From positions 61,132,001 to 61,196,000 of the forward strand of contig OZ320314.1 in NCBI GenBank assembly GCA_976226885.1: a stretch of 64,000 nt of DNA, given 5' to 3'. The position numbers and the translations under genes were made by a program. Positions 9,701-22,203 of this stretch are shown piece after piece. A model generated the notes under the pieces. That model was not told the DNA's origin. It worked only from the letters and a program-made list of their open reading frames with translations, and searched no databases. How positions within the stretch are numbered: the stretch's first letter is position 1; each line of letters begins with the position of its first letter. This DNA comes from Iphione sp. A-MEVVRFRX5 (Eukaryota).

Positions 9701-10868
9701 ACAGGAGTGCTGTACCCTTTTCATTCTAGCGACCTTTCTGGGAATGACAAGATTAAGAAGATACAGTTTTCTAACCACACAAGGGAGATTCTGACAGGAA
9801 TGCCCTGAAACAGAGATTTAGCAGTAGTCTCTTCAGTATGAAAAAAGAAAAGAAAAGGGAACGATCCCTTTTGACCGATTCAGTGTTTTGAGCTCAATCT
9901 TTCTTGACCCGAGGTCACGGAATAATATTGGCTCTGCACTGCTTATTTCTATACTAATTACTGTGAAATATTTTTAAAAAGGTTTCAGTTGGGGGTCAGA
10001 TTAGTAGAATTCAGTCATCTACTTTCAACCATCTTATAAATGAGCTAAATGAATACTGCTAACTTAAAGTGAGCTCGTCTCCTAGAAATAACCACATTTG
10101 GGAATGGGACTACCACCAACATTCAGGACAGGTGTCTTACTATCAAATGCGCTGTATTAAAAAGAAAGAAAGCGGAGTGTTTACATAATTAGGTTTGGAC
10201 TACATGCGGCAAGTAGTCATCTTACAAGCGTTGACCCATTATCACTAGAATGACAGGGCATAGGAATTTCTTCAACGACAAAGTGAACAAATATCCCCAG
10301 CCAAAAGTAGTATTACTGATACTTGTTTTTTCTATGTTTAATCACAGTCACGTGTCTCAACCACATTTTTATTGCCCATCTCGCCTAACATTATGTCCTA
10401 ATTTAATAAGAGAGTTCCGGGGAGTACAGTTTTCTGAAGCAGTAGAAGAACATCCCATTTCTCCCGGGACGTCTTAGAAATGTACCTTCTAAAAAATTGG
10501 CTCAGTATGCTGCGAAGACGACTGGTTGAAAATTAGTGTCATTTTAGTAAAGGCATAACAGTGAGCCATATGTTATTTCCTATAAATGTGTGAATACAAG
10601 TAAATGAGACTCGGCCACACTGATATATTGACCCTGTGTGTTTCTGTTTATAGCAAGTAGCACTGAAAGAGCCGGTTAATAATGGGTCTGCCAACCGCCA
10701 AAATGTTCGTTAATTTGGAAACAAGTACAGTACACTCTCTCCATTCCGGACACCCTCCATTCTGCTTCAAATCGTCCGCATTGGAGACGCGTCCACATTG
10801 GAGATCGGACCGGGGGGTCAAGCCTGGAAATATTATCCCCTTCTACCTCTCTCTCTATACATTAATAG

Positions 10869-11010
10869 AAGTGCTGAATTTAATGATTTAAAGTCCAAAT
10901 AGTACTGAATTTGATGCTTGAGAGTTCCAATAGTGCTGAATTTGATGACTAAAAGTCCAAAAAGTACTGAATTTGATGACTTAGAGTCCTAAAAGTGCTG
11001 ACTTTGATAA
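10869..11010. repeat. ~31-bp tandem repeat, about 4.5 copies
   Basis: Consensus approx. aagtrctgaatttgatgacttaragtccaaa. Confidence 0.85.
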
Positions 11011-11013
11011 CTA

Positions 11014-11280
11014 TATCTACCTTTGAAAAATGACTTCTGGAGCCTCCCTGGAGCCCCAAATTTGCGCGACAACACGTTGTACACAGGGTTTATTCATATC
11101 TACCTTTGAAAATGACTTCTGGACCCTCTCTGCAGCCCCAAATTCGCACGACAACACCTTGTACACAGGGTTTATTCATATCTACCTTTGAAACATGACT
11201 TCTGGAGCCTCCCTAGAGCCCCAAATTTGCGTGACAACACCTTGTACACAGAGTTTATTCATGTCTGCCTTTGAAAATGA
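11014..11280. repeat. 82-83-bp tandem repeat, about 3.2 copies
   Basis: Units start tatctacctttgaaa at 11014, 11097 and 11179, with a partial copy at 11262. Confidence 0.9.
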
Positions 11281-11667
11281 CACCTTGTTGAGAGTGGTCT
11301 TTGTTGTCCAGAGGGAGACGCTCTGTAAAATTTTGCTGTCCGCATTGGAGACGTCAGCTTATTATGATAAAGTATAGGAAATCAGTTCATTCTGCTTCAA
11401 ATTGTCCGCATTGGAGACATGTCCACTTCCGAGACGTGTCCGCAGGCAGACAGTGTACTGTATAGGTTTCTTTTCGATATATGTTCTTTTTTAAAAAATT
11501 TTCAACAGAACGCATCATCAGCTCGAGAGCTGTTATCCTGATGGCTTGCCTATATTGTTGATTAGTAGGGTAAATATGGGTTTATATGTCTAGCTAACAT
11601 TTTTATGTCATTATGTACATAAATGTCATGTTCCATGTTACATACAGATATTGATGAAAATAATTAC

Positions 11668-12945
11668 TTATTTACATTGTCCCCATAATGGGGTAACTAT
11701 ATAGATGGTTACATAGTCCAAGTATCTATTATCCCATACAAAGTTGTTGTCATATTTTTTGCCCCTTAATTCATAAGTTGTGTCCTTCATGATAAAATAT
11801 TTTTCGAAAAAATCAGGAAACATGCTTACTGATGCTTTGTAACCCGCAATTAAATAATGATACTTTATTCTCTCTTTTACCATCATAATCTTATGACTGT
11901 TATGTAACTTTACTGTACTATATCTTTTACCTAACCTACAAGCCCTTTTCAAAATACCATTTTGTAACCTTTGCAATTGATTCAGATATTTCTCAGCACT
12001 TTTTGACCATATTAAATCACACTAATCTATATGTGGCCTAAACAAACTTTTAAATAACATTAAATTAGTATTCTCATCCAGATACTGATATACAATTCTT
12101 AATTGATACCCAACTTTATGTAGCTTCGATATGATGTATAGAATATGATGCCTGTATGTTAATCTCTCATCCATTAATACTCCTAGATATTTGTATTGTG
12201 ATACCTCGATGTTGCTCTATTGCTAATAGTTACCTGTAATTTGCTTTTTAGTATAAATTGGTTTATAGTAACTGTAGGAAAATGCACCATATATTTAGTT
12301 TTATCTATATTCATGGCTAATTTGTTGTAGTCCATCCAATCTTTTATGTTTGCTAGTTCTCTATTTGTTTCCTCAAACACTTTGACTAAACCAGTACCAG
12401 ATACACATATTGCTGTATCGTCTGCATATGTTAACAGCTCACTTTTAACAATGAGACTCATTGAATTTCTATATAAAATGAACAATATCGGACCCAATAC
12501 CGAGCCTTGGGGTACTCCTATTTTAACATCTTTGGTGCTGGATAATTGATTCTCGACCCTAGTCCTCTGTGTCCTTCCTGTTAAATAATTATTCAAAAGT
12601 TTCAAGAGATTACCTGAAATTCCGATTAATTCCAATTTCCTAATCAATTTGTAATGATCTACTGTATCGAATGCTTTTGATAATCTATATATGTTATTAC
12701 ACTCGTTTTATTATTATCTTTCTCTTTCTTGATATGATCACTTAAATATTGTACTATGATCTGCGTATCCTGGTCTATAACCTGCTTGTTTATGATACAG
12801 AATTTTGTGAATATTCAGATACCTTAACAATGGATACAATATTACTTGCTCTAAAATTTTATGTGTAAAAGGTAAAACTGGAAAAAGTATATAATTTCCA
12901 ACCTGTGATTTACTTCCTCCTTTATATAAAGGAGTTCTGTTTGTG
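11668..12945 (-). pseudogene. Degraded 5'-truncated LINE ORF2 (CR1/L2-like reverse transcriptase)
   Basis: PLYKGGSKSQVGNY, QAGYRPG, GVPQGSVLGPILF, YADDT, WMDYNKLAMNIDKTKYM across frameshifted ORFs 12738-13142, 12183-12647 and 11668-11976. Confidence 0.9.
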
Positions 12946-12959
12946 TTCAGAAGTAAATC

Positions 12960-13210
12960 AAAACTCTTTGAGGTCAGTTTATGATAAGGGTTGTTTATTC
13001 GGCGTAAAACTCCCAACGTTTCGACATGTAGGTTGTCTTCTTCAGGGGATGTAGTGTTGATTGCTATATGTATATAGGTACCCTTAAGTGTAGCTATGGT
13101 CATGTTGTGGTATAAGGTACCTTTAAGTGCAGGTTGTGACAAGATTAGTGTGTGTACTGTTTGGGTGCTAGTTGTGCTGTTGAGCAGATTTGTGTATTTG
13201 TTACAGCCAT
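12960..13210 (-). mobile_element. 3' end / pseudo-LTR fragment of a Penelope-like element
   Basis: Contains a minimal hammerhead followed by AATAAA on the minus strand; abuts the truncated LINE. Confidence 0.55.
13011..13049 (-). ncRNA. Minimal type-I hammerhead ribozyme (Penelope-type)
   Basis: Minus strand: tccc-CTGAAGA-a-gac-aacctacat-gtc-GAAA-CGT-T-ggga; stem I tccc/ggga, stem II gac/gtc, palindromic ACGT stem III. Confidence 0.72.
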
Positions 13211-13339
13211 CGATTTGTAAATCCTCATTTTTAACCCTTTTTAAATTCTAAACTGTAATTCTTAATATACTAAAATTGATGAACTATGGAATTTATGAAT
13301 TGTAATTTTTAAAAAATTAATACGTGCTAGTAAACAGAT

Positions 13340-14500
13340 CTTAAGTATTCTAATGCTCGTTTTAACAAATTGGGTGAATATGGCCCCCTCTAATCAGGGA
13401 TCTCTTCATGTCTTCTCCTACCACTTGGTCAATCTTGTCCACGATGTTCCAAAGATCGAATAATATTTCATTTGAAGGAACAGAATGTCTACATGTGCTG
13501 AAGTTTAGTACATTTCTTGATGTCGGTCTGTACTCTGTATGTGTTGCTGTATGCTGTGGCCTTCCTTGAGGTATGTAGGGTTCATCGTTGACTGGATCAG
13601 GGATTATTCTTGATCGGGACTCTGGTGTTGATACCTTGGCTTCTCATATATTGTCGTTTTTGTCCTTACTTGGCACATGTAGAACCATTTCATTGTCTTC
13701 TTCGCTGGAGGAGCTGGAGTCATTACTGGTCATGTCTTCTTCTTCGGACTCACTTATTGAGAGGCATAGTTCGTCTTCAAAATTGATTTCTTGTCTTGGG
13801 CGCTTGCTTGCTGGGATGTTAGGTGAATCTGGTGGGGTGCTTTTCTTAGGTTGTGGTTTTTCTGGTGTGCCTGGTGGTGATTTCATTTCCTCAGATCGGG
13901 TATTTACTGGCTCTGGTGATGGTCTAGAGGCTGATTGTCTGCTGATGAGTGACGGATGTTTGTGTCAATTATGCTTGCGGATGGTTGGGTCTTGTTCAGG
14001 GGGTAGTGTGGGGCTCATCTGAATGACTCTGCGGGTGCTTTCGTGTTGTTTAATTTTTTTCGTTATGGTGAGGATTTTCTCTGTCGTTGGTGAGCATTCC
14101 CTGGTTGTTGTGGGTGGTTTTGGCTCATGGTAGTCGTTACCAGTTCGGTTGTCAGTTGTGTATCCCCCGGTGTTATAGGTGAGTTTGGCTGTTGTTCTGA
14201 CCCTACATATGGACCGGCGGATGTCTTCTCTGTAAGTGAGATCAGATAGTTTTATTCTAAATTTGACATATTTTGGGGTGATTGTTGGGTCCCTCTATGG
14301 CCTTTTTGTTGGCTTTTTCATGCGATGCAGTTTGTCTAAGATCACCATTGGTTCTGGATGAAGATATTCATGTAATTTTAATGAATGACGTTTTAATGTT
14401 CTGTTTGCCTACGGAGCGTGCTGCCGCACATACATCGTTTTTGCTACACTATTTGCTCGGTGGCCTTACCAGACAGTAGTCTTCTTTAACACTTTACTCG
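13340..14500 (-). pseudogene. Degraded Ser/Pro/Glu-rich ORF of a probable retroelement (family unclear)
   Basis: MKSPPGTPEK...SSSSEEDNE... continues in frame across a stop into EAKVSTPES...RNVLNFS...; strong strand-biased coding-like composition. Confidence 0.3.
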
Positions 14501-14757
14501 GTTAGGGGAAGAAAAGGCCTTGAGAAAGTGGTCCTTAAGGACCACAAAATTGTCTGTAGCACCGTTGAAACGAGATCATAGAACCTTTTCAAAGATTTTT
14601 TTCTCACACGGCCTTGCCTGGTATTGCGTAAATATGGAGGGTTCTCCTCATGTTCCTGACGCAGTTTGCGTTGCGGGCTGTAAATTTTTGTTACAATGAT
14701 CGGTTTGAACCCCATCTAGACACTCATAAAACGCCCCATTAACTGTGATTGCACTTA

Positions 14758-15077
14758 GGCCTAAAAATAGCTTTGTTTCCAGTAACCCGACCAACCCTAC
14801 ATTATAGTCAACTGGAACTTTTTATTTTTTCTCGTTTTTTGAATAACATCAGAATGAATAGTGACATGTTCTATACACCAAATTACTCCCTAGGTTACTA
14901 GCTTTCATTTGACATAAGTTCTATTGAAATCTAAGTAGTAGAAGTGATGTTACCATACACATTTCTTCCTCTCATTCTGAATTAACATTGAAAAAAAAAA
15001 GAAAATAAAAAAATAGTACCTACCGACCGACCCTTTCTATTCTTGGCTTGTTACTAACACAGAACTTTTTTTTGGCC
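14758..15077. mobile_element. PIF/Harbinger-type MITE (320 bp)
   Basis: TTA|ggcctaaaaatagctttgtttccagtaac ... gttactaacacagaacttttttttggcc|TTA; 3-bp TTA duplication; related copy at ~47783. Confidence 0.75.
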
Positions 15078-18000
15078 TTAGCTTTCTTTATTATACATCT
15101 TTGCATCTATGGTTATGATTCCACCCCTTTGACCGCTGGCTAATTTTAGTATCTTGTTTTTTGGGGATGGGGGGTGGGGGGGCTTTAGGAATTCGTCGTC
15201 TTTCCGAGGTTTCATCGGTTTACCATCCCTAGTTTATTTGACGGATAAATGCTTCTTAGTGATCAAATATATGTACTACAAATAGCAAGGATCCGAGGCT
15301 GGGCCTCTAGCTTTACTTTTGGTTGAAGGGAACTTGTTATCACACGATCTGTGTCCGTGTAGAAGATAAGGTCGCGCCATTAGAAGATTGCGGGTTTTTT
15401 TTATGCGAAGGGATGGTGCTTATGATAACTGGCTTGTGGATTGGGACTTTTGGATAGAGACATTTAGGCCTGTTCTGCCATGTCAAGTAAAGGAAGTTCT
15501 AAGATGTGGGTTCCTGGGAAAGCCGATGAGATCCTGTTTAATATGGTCATGTCATGCTTCTAATTGTGCCGCTGGCGCCGAGGTGGTCGACAGATCAGTA
15601 GGAGATAAAGAGAAACTAGAGTGATTGAAAACACTGAATAAGAGCCAATTCTGGAAGGGTTTGATAAAGTGACTGATAGTGTGGATTGCTTGTTCAGTCG
15701 GTCCCTTCGAGGTGAATGCGTGTTGTTATTCAGCTGGGAACTCCGCTGGAAAATCTTTATTCATGTAACTTTTATACCAGCCGACCGCAGGTGGTTTTGC
15801 TTTCCTCGTGCCCCACTAAATGGATGAAGACAAATTATTTATAATGCAACGATTAATTATGAAATTCTACAACGTTTTAAGCAAATGTTTAACGAAAACA
15901 TATTTGTCTCACAGAACGTGTGCATAATAACCAATTGGTTACCTATTTGCACTGATGTGGTCCATTGCTTAAAGCTGCAAAGATGAAAGTTTGTTTGTTT
16001 AGAAAAGCACGACAATATAGTAACAGTGCACTTATTTTTAGGCTTGTAAACATGTTTAAACACGCATTATTTTAAAGTACTTCTAAATGAACATGTATTT
16101 AATAGTTTCTTCATAGGTGCAGAGCTGAACTATCAGTATGTCTTTATAACCCCGGTAGGGATGATATCTTTCAGTTGAATTGAATATTTCTTGAGGACAA
16201 ATTTCATCTAAGATGCATTGTTGTCAAATTGCACTTAGGTGCAGACAAATACGCATCGTTTAGTGATTATTGTGGCGAAATCCACTTTGCGCCTCATTGA
16301 TTTCAAGATATATCACTTGAAGAACACTAAGATTTGAAAACAAAAATCCATCTATACACATGAGGATGAGCAAGTATGCTTGTTCACTGTTCAGTGTTTC
16401 TAGCCCTTTTTCTTTATATCTTTTATCATTGCATTTGTTGGATATATGTATTGTTGAAAATAATTATGCTTTATGTAGCTGAAGATATCCTGTGTCCAAC
16501 AAAATGAAAGAAAACTTGGTTTTAAATGGTCATTGTTGTCACTGACTAGGTATCTGTAAATAAGCAAGAATAGTAAGAAGACGGCATCTGTTGGAAATGG
16601 AAACAATACGCTATCCATAACGCACACAATCACATACTAGGGCGTCGAATTCATTACGTCATCAAAGAAATAAATCCCTCTAATCCTGCAATCCATCACC
16701 TTAAGATGCGGTGCATATTTTATGCACTGTTTTTACGACAAAAGGCACCACAGATAATTGTGTGCGCTGTGCTTCTAGTTTCTGGCGATGATTGTAATCG
16801 TCCTTAAAGAAAACTGCAGATTGTCCTTTTCTATGGTAACATCAGACCAGCATTTAGCCCAATCATATTTCAATGCAAGAAATCACATTTAAAGCAAGTT
16901 CGACTCTAGCGATAATTGTTATTGGCATGAAAGAAGTGCGTAGACACTGTACTTGACAAATGGCATCGATAACCTTTGGCAGCAATTGAAATTGATGTCC
17001 ATAGTGACCTTCACGATTCCTTCTTAGCGCAACCTTCGAATCTCTGTCATGCAACCCTCTGCCAGATCCTTTCAATAATTTCTACGGCGATCCTGGTATC
17101 TTTGGCGTGTTCAGTATGATTGTCGGTAACATTAATGTAACCCTACCGGTCATGGACCAAACAGCTGACCCCAGTGGGGCGGTACATCTTGAGTTAGGGC
17201 CAGTTCGCCGAGCTGCGGGTAAACTCACATTATTGCAATTTATGGCCGCCAGTCGATGGCAACCTTAGTGACCTCTGGCTGACGCAGGTTGGCAGAACAA
17301 GTGGCGCTTTCTTCGTCTCCTAGCAGGGGGCTCTATCTTGCCACTAGGAGTCATTCTTTGCCGATGAACTAAAAATGGAACACTTTGCTGCCAGCCTGTT
17401 GTTATAAATAGCAATAACTGCCACTAAAACCTACTTTAGACACTATGTGAATTATAAGGTATTTTGATTTAAGTTCGAGTAATACTAGGCTAGCTTAGTC
17501 AGTCCTATACATATGTTTGGGAAAGAGGAACCTCCTTGGTATCCTTACATCCGCATAATACGTTTAAATATATTTATCGAAGTATCTCTCAGAATGTATA
17601 TTTAGGCAAAAATAATCATTAATACAGCCAGAATCACACGGTCTTAATCAAAAGAAGTAATTCTTGGAAACACGTCATTGGATGGAATGACGCTTCCTAT
17701 CCACGTAGGATATGAGTAGCGATTCTTGGTCCATGGCAATATTGTAACGAATAAAGGGCACATTATGGTTGGTTTACGACGATCGAAAGCAATCGGTAGG
17801 ATGCAGATGCCAAGGACGGGTGCTCTATGTAGTCTCACTCCCTGGTAATTTATGCAGTGTCTACACGAGCTGCTGAATTATTTGTTGACCGTGCAGTTAA
17901 GTACTGACAACTGACAGTTGAATGTGATGCGTTGTTTATATTGAACACCTAATCAAATACTGGAAATAACTGCACTGGCGAGATGTTATTTTCAGTTGAA

Positions 18001-18449
18001 GCCTTGACACTGTGTTTGCCTGGTCATTTATTTGCCGAATGTCCATAGCTTACCTGTAATGAAGTTGGTATTGGTCCTGGTCTGTGCAATATATCTTCAT
18101 TTACAAGCAGCGAGAGCTTTCCTTTCCTTTGACTGGACGCCCCTGAAAGTAAATCTGATTTCCCATAAGGACATTTAAGCGAGGAGGATCTTCAATTGCA
18201 TTCTTCAAATGTCATCCATTACCGATACATACAACCATTTAAACATGAATTAGTATCACACCAGCATGTTATAACTGCTATTACTTTATTACGTAAGCCA
18301 TCCCATCAGATCTGTTCCTCAAGCTAAATCATTTCAAATTGCATTCTCTAGATAGTGAGAGTCAAATAGACATAGCATCATACGTATTATAAAATATTTT
18401 ATTCTTCAAAGGTACACGTCATAACGGGTCGTGCCTGGATCTGTATTTA

Positions 18450-18757
18450 GGCGGTGTACACATGTATCTGTATTTCTTCAAAACGGCTAAGGTCCCATAG
18501 ACGTTTTTTATCCAGCTCATGGCATTAACTAAAGTGTTCACATGCATCCGTTTCAAAACAGATATGGATCCATAGACGTTTTCTGAATCTGTCGCCAAGG
18601 GATTTTTCACGGATGCCCATCCGTTTCTCATAGGCTCCAGTGGTAGAAAGACATCTGGGATTACATATGGGAGTGTCTTGAAAAAACACTGCAAGAGATA
18701 TTTCACGTCTATGGATCCGTATCCGCTTTTCTTCTATGGATACTTGTGTACACCGCC
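18450..18757. mobile_element. Harbinger-like MITE (308 bp)
   Basis: TIR ggcggtgtacaca.gtatc at both ends; flanks tta and taa; internal repeats of ggatccatagacgtttt-like motifs. Confidence 0.75.
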
Positions 18758-18849
18758 TAAGGGGACCTCTGCCTCAATGTAAAGGATACAACTGACGTTT
18801 TTAGAATTTTATTGGAGTAAATATTATAGATTATTATTGGAGTAAATTG

Positions 18850-19700
18850 GAGTCATGTCTGTCGAATCCCATTACTTCAGGGTGTGTCCTACTGCTCTGT
18901 TTACCCACTGATAACGTGGACTGTTATATCAGTCGCCATACGGGCCAGTTTCACGGCAGTATGGAAATGCTGATGACTTTCACATGGCTTAGTAATTTTG
19001 GAAATTTAACTTTGGGATTTGTCTGCCCGGAGCACTCAGTACATTTGTCAGTTTGCAATATCGCTAGATATTGATCTATGGATAGATCCTTGTCTGCCCT
19101 GACTCCACAAAGAGTTGACTGTCGGATGACATATTTTGAATGCCGGTAGAGCTTTTTTCCGGCTGGGCTACATTTCGTGTCAGAGTCTGCTACATGTACA
19201 CGTCAGAGGGTATTATAGAAATGCTCTTACTTGGAATCTGTGAAAAAGTCACCGATGATTGTGCTGACAGAAGCAAGTCTGTAACGCTGGTATTTAAAAC
19301 CTTCTGTTCTAAGGACGGTAGGGGATTGGCAGACACACGAGATATATTCCTATTTTTAGAAAAGAATACCTCGTTCATCTTTGTTATGAAGTCACCGCCG
19401 TTACGTAACTGTGGTTTATTTCATATTTTGGACTCTCTTGTGAATGATTTTTATTATCAAGATGGCTGATCTGTTATTGGTCATTTGCAGTTAGGTCTAG
19501 GCAGGTCTTTTTCTATGCTCAGGCTCTGATGGAAGCAAGTTGTATCGGCTTGAGACTATACGAGGTGCAGAAATCAGTAAGAACAGCACATACTCGATGG
19601 GGTGGATGCAAACAAATGTACACGCGGCAGCTGTGCCAGAAAGAGCAGGAAATGTTGCTGTGAACGTAGAGGTGGTGGCAGCACCTCTAGGCACAGACGC
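18850..19700 (-). pseudogene. Highly degraded LINE-like remnant
   Basis: Weak RT-like phrases (KMNEVFFSKN..., GFDRH) in broken frames. Confidence 0.3.
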
Positions 19701-21547
19701 CGCCTAGACCATGGCTGCTAGCAGATGCATTAGCAGATGGTAAGCTGACGAGCAGCAGCTGTGGGAGGAGCAGATGGCGGCTAGGTCAACTCCCATTGCA
19801 TCGCAGGCCCCGCCACACGAGTTACACAGCTCGGCAGAGGCGGCACCGTTCAACGCTGAAGTATCCATACCAGTGGATAGCATTCAGTCGTACAGCAGCC
19901 GTCCACTCGCTGACAGTGGTTGGTTCGCGCCATTGAACTTGAGGCCGTTTGGTGGCCACTTCGGCTTCCACGTTGCACGCCATTGGTAACCATTTCATGT
20001 TCTCTCGCGACTTAGACACTGGACTTACGGAACGATCGTGAGACGTGCTCTTGTCGCCACCGGTTGATTTTCAGGACACATCCAGTCTTAATCGCTGGCT
20101 TCTCCCTTATATTGAGTGACCAGTTGCAAATTGGACCAACCTTTCCAAAGGGAGCTCCGCTGGAAAGGGCACCCGGGGTTATCCCATCCATCAACTTTCG
20201 GACGTAGCAGCATATCCTGCCACTCTCCTCGGCGATAGTTTTATTCTAGACCTAGGTCAGACGGCAGACCGTCCCCAGTTTTAGAGTATGGAGAGGATAC
20301 AAGTGACCAGGTTCTCCTTCCGCCGTAAAGGGAGCAACCGCAACCGGGAAAAAGGCGAGAAGGAGGACACTTTCAACTACGAAGCGATGACTTACTTGAG
20401 GTATTGTTCTTTACAGATTCCCTTTTTAATCAGACAGTCCTTTAAGGACTCAAGTTTCACACCTCATCTCCATTTTCTTCGACCATGTAATATTGAAAAG
20501 TTTTCATGAAAGCGATCCTTTTATTAACAGTCAAGATGACGTCATTAACGATTACTATAGCAATTCCAGTCGTTTCCCTTAGCTGACCGGATTTCCGACG
20601 ACTCGCTGCATATCCACCACCTTTAAGCTAATAATTTATACTTCTGCATACAGTGTGTACATTAAATATCCTAGTAGGATCATTCATTGCCACTGGTACC
20701 AGATTTTGCTCATTAGTACCGTGATTCCCATGAGTATAATTGCATACTTTTATCCCCCTTTTGTCCTATTCTATTTTCGATTATCTTTTTATTCGGCTTT
20801 TTCGATGTGTGCTCTGGTCACTGTCTATAAAACAGCTCGGGAAATGTCCTAAAACCGATGTCTGGTGTTAGTTTGCTCTTTTGCCGCAGGGTCAAAAGAC
20901 ATTGAGTCTTTATTTATAGATGTTGAAATCTGATAATTGACACACTCGGACCCTTTGAGCGGCATGACAACCCTCCCATCCTTTTCTGAAGAAGGCATGT
21001 GGTCAAGTTACAAATGCCAAAGTTAAAGTCAGGCTTTCGCAAAACTGACCTGGAGTATCACTGGGACTTTACTCTCTAACCTTCGGGGAGATTCATGGTA
21101 CATTTCAACTAATCCTGCTTACCGAAGACGACGTTGTTTCTCTGGTTTCTGACGCCATTAATAAAGGAAACTAATTGGAAATAGAGCACCTTTTGACTCC
21201 GTTTCATTTGCTAAAACTGATAATGGGATTATCACCAAAGCCCCATGAGACACAGAACTGCCAAAACTGAAGTCGGTTAAGCAGGGAATCGACAGCCACT
21301 AAAGTAAATTAGAACGACGGAGGAGATTACAATTGAGAAGGATAGGTGCAGGAAAAAGGGAATTTTCATATAAACAGCCGCAGTACCATTATTATTCATT
21401 AATAGCGCTGGTCTTAACACCTCGTAGTCAAGGAAGAAACCATTTACATGTACCATTGAATATATAATTGAAAGCTCTTGAGTGATCAATATAGAAGTCC
21501 GATTCATTTATTATTACGGCGTTACTGAAGTAGTTTGATCGAAATTT

Positions 21548-21750
21548 TAAATGCGATCTTGCACTTAACGTGTTTGACATGGATGGATAGCAATAGAATC
21601 CTTTCAGGTAATTTTTGTGAATAAATCTTGCTGTCCCCCTCCCCATATTCTAAATGCAATCTTGCACTTTACGTGTTTGACATGGATGGATAGCAGTAGA
21701 ATTCTTTCAGGTAATTTTTGTGAATAAATCTTGCTGTCCCCCTCCCCATA
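21548..21750. repeat. 103-bp tandem duplication
   Basis: taaatgc.atcttgcact...ctccccata starts at 21548 and again at 21651 with few substitutions. Confidence 0.92.
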
Positions 21751-21894
21751 TGTATGTACATATTATTTAAGGCTCTGCAGTTTCATGCAGTATTGTTTGT
21801 TGTACAAACATATAATATAGTATAAAGTAACACATGCAACCGTTTGAATATATATATATATACATGTATACACACATATAACAATTTAGACAAA

Positions 21895-22203
21895 GGCCCT
21901 GTTCACACACATCCTGATTTCTCTGTTCCACATCCGAACGTGGGTGCAGATATTTCTCCAGCCCTCCTATACTATTGAACCATTTCACATGTATGCAGAA
22001 AAATCCACGTCCGCACATGGGTGCGGATTTCTATCCATGTATCATGGAAAAATCTGGACCCTGATGCAGATTTCCATAGAATGCAATGGTTAACAGACGT
22101 CTGCTTCCCATATGTAACCAATTTACAGCCTCCTTTGCAGGGGGTTAAGTTCGCACCCATGTCCGGACGTGGATTTTTTGTCCGGTTATATGTGAACAGA
22201 GCC
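21895..22203. mobile_element. Harbinger-like MITE (309 bp)
   Basis: TIR ggccctgttcacac versus inverse ggctctgttcacat; right flank TAA; internal inverted ccacgtccg.acatgggtgcg / cgcacccatgtccggacgtgg. Confidence 0.75.

Larger units (their letters stand above)
10728..11460. mobile_element. Tc1/mariner(pogo)-type MITE carrying internal tandem arrays
   Basis: TA|cagtacactctct...cggacac at left and gtgtccg...agacagtgtactg|TA at right; ~40-bp subterminal direct repeat cattctgcttcaaat.gtccgcattggagac near 10758 and 11388. Confidence 0.75.

Noticed and set aside
9741-9819. DLSGNDKIKKIQ after an acceptor-like site, resembling a leucine-rich repeat
   Set aside because: Single short motif followed by a stop; no further LRRs.
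16680-17090. Minus-strand phrases (EGCAK, WSDVTIE, LPKVIDAI) hinting at a decayed tyrosine recombinase or Harbinger transposase
   Set aside because: Motifs are in different frames and fit two incompatible families; needs a profile search.
18054-18142. Possible 89-bp minus-strand exon (ASSQRKGKLSLLVNEDILHRPGPIPTSLQ)
   Set aside because: Splice signals are plausible but there is no homology evidence.
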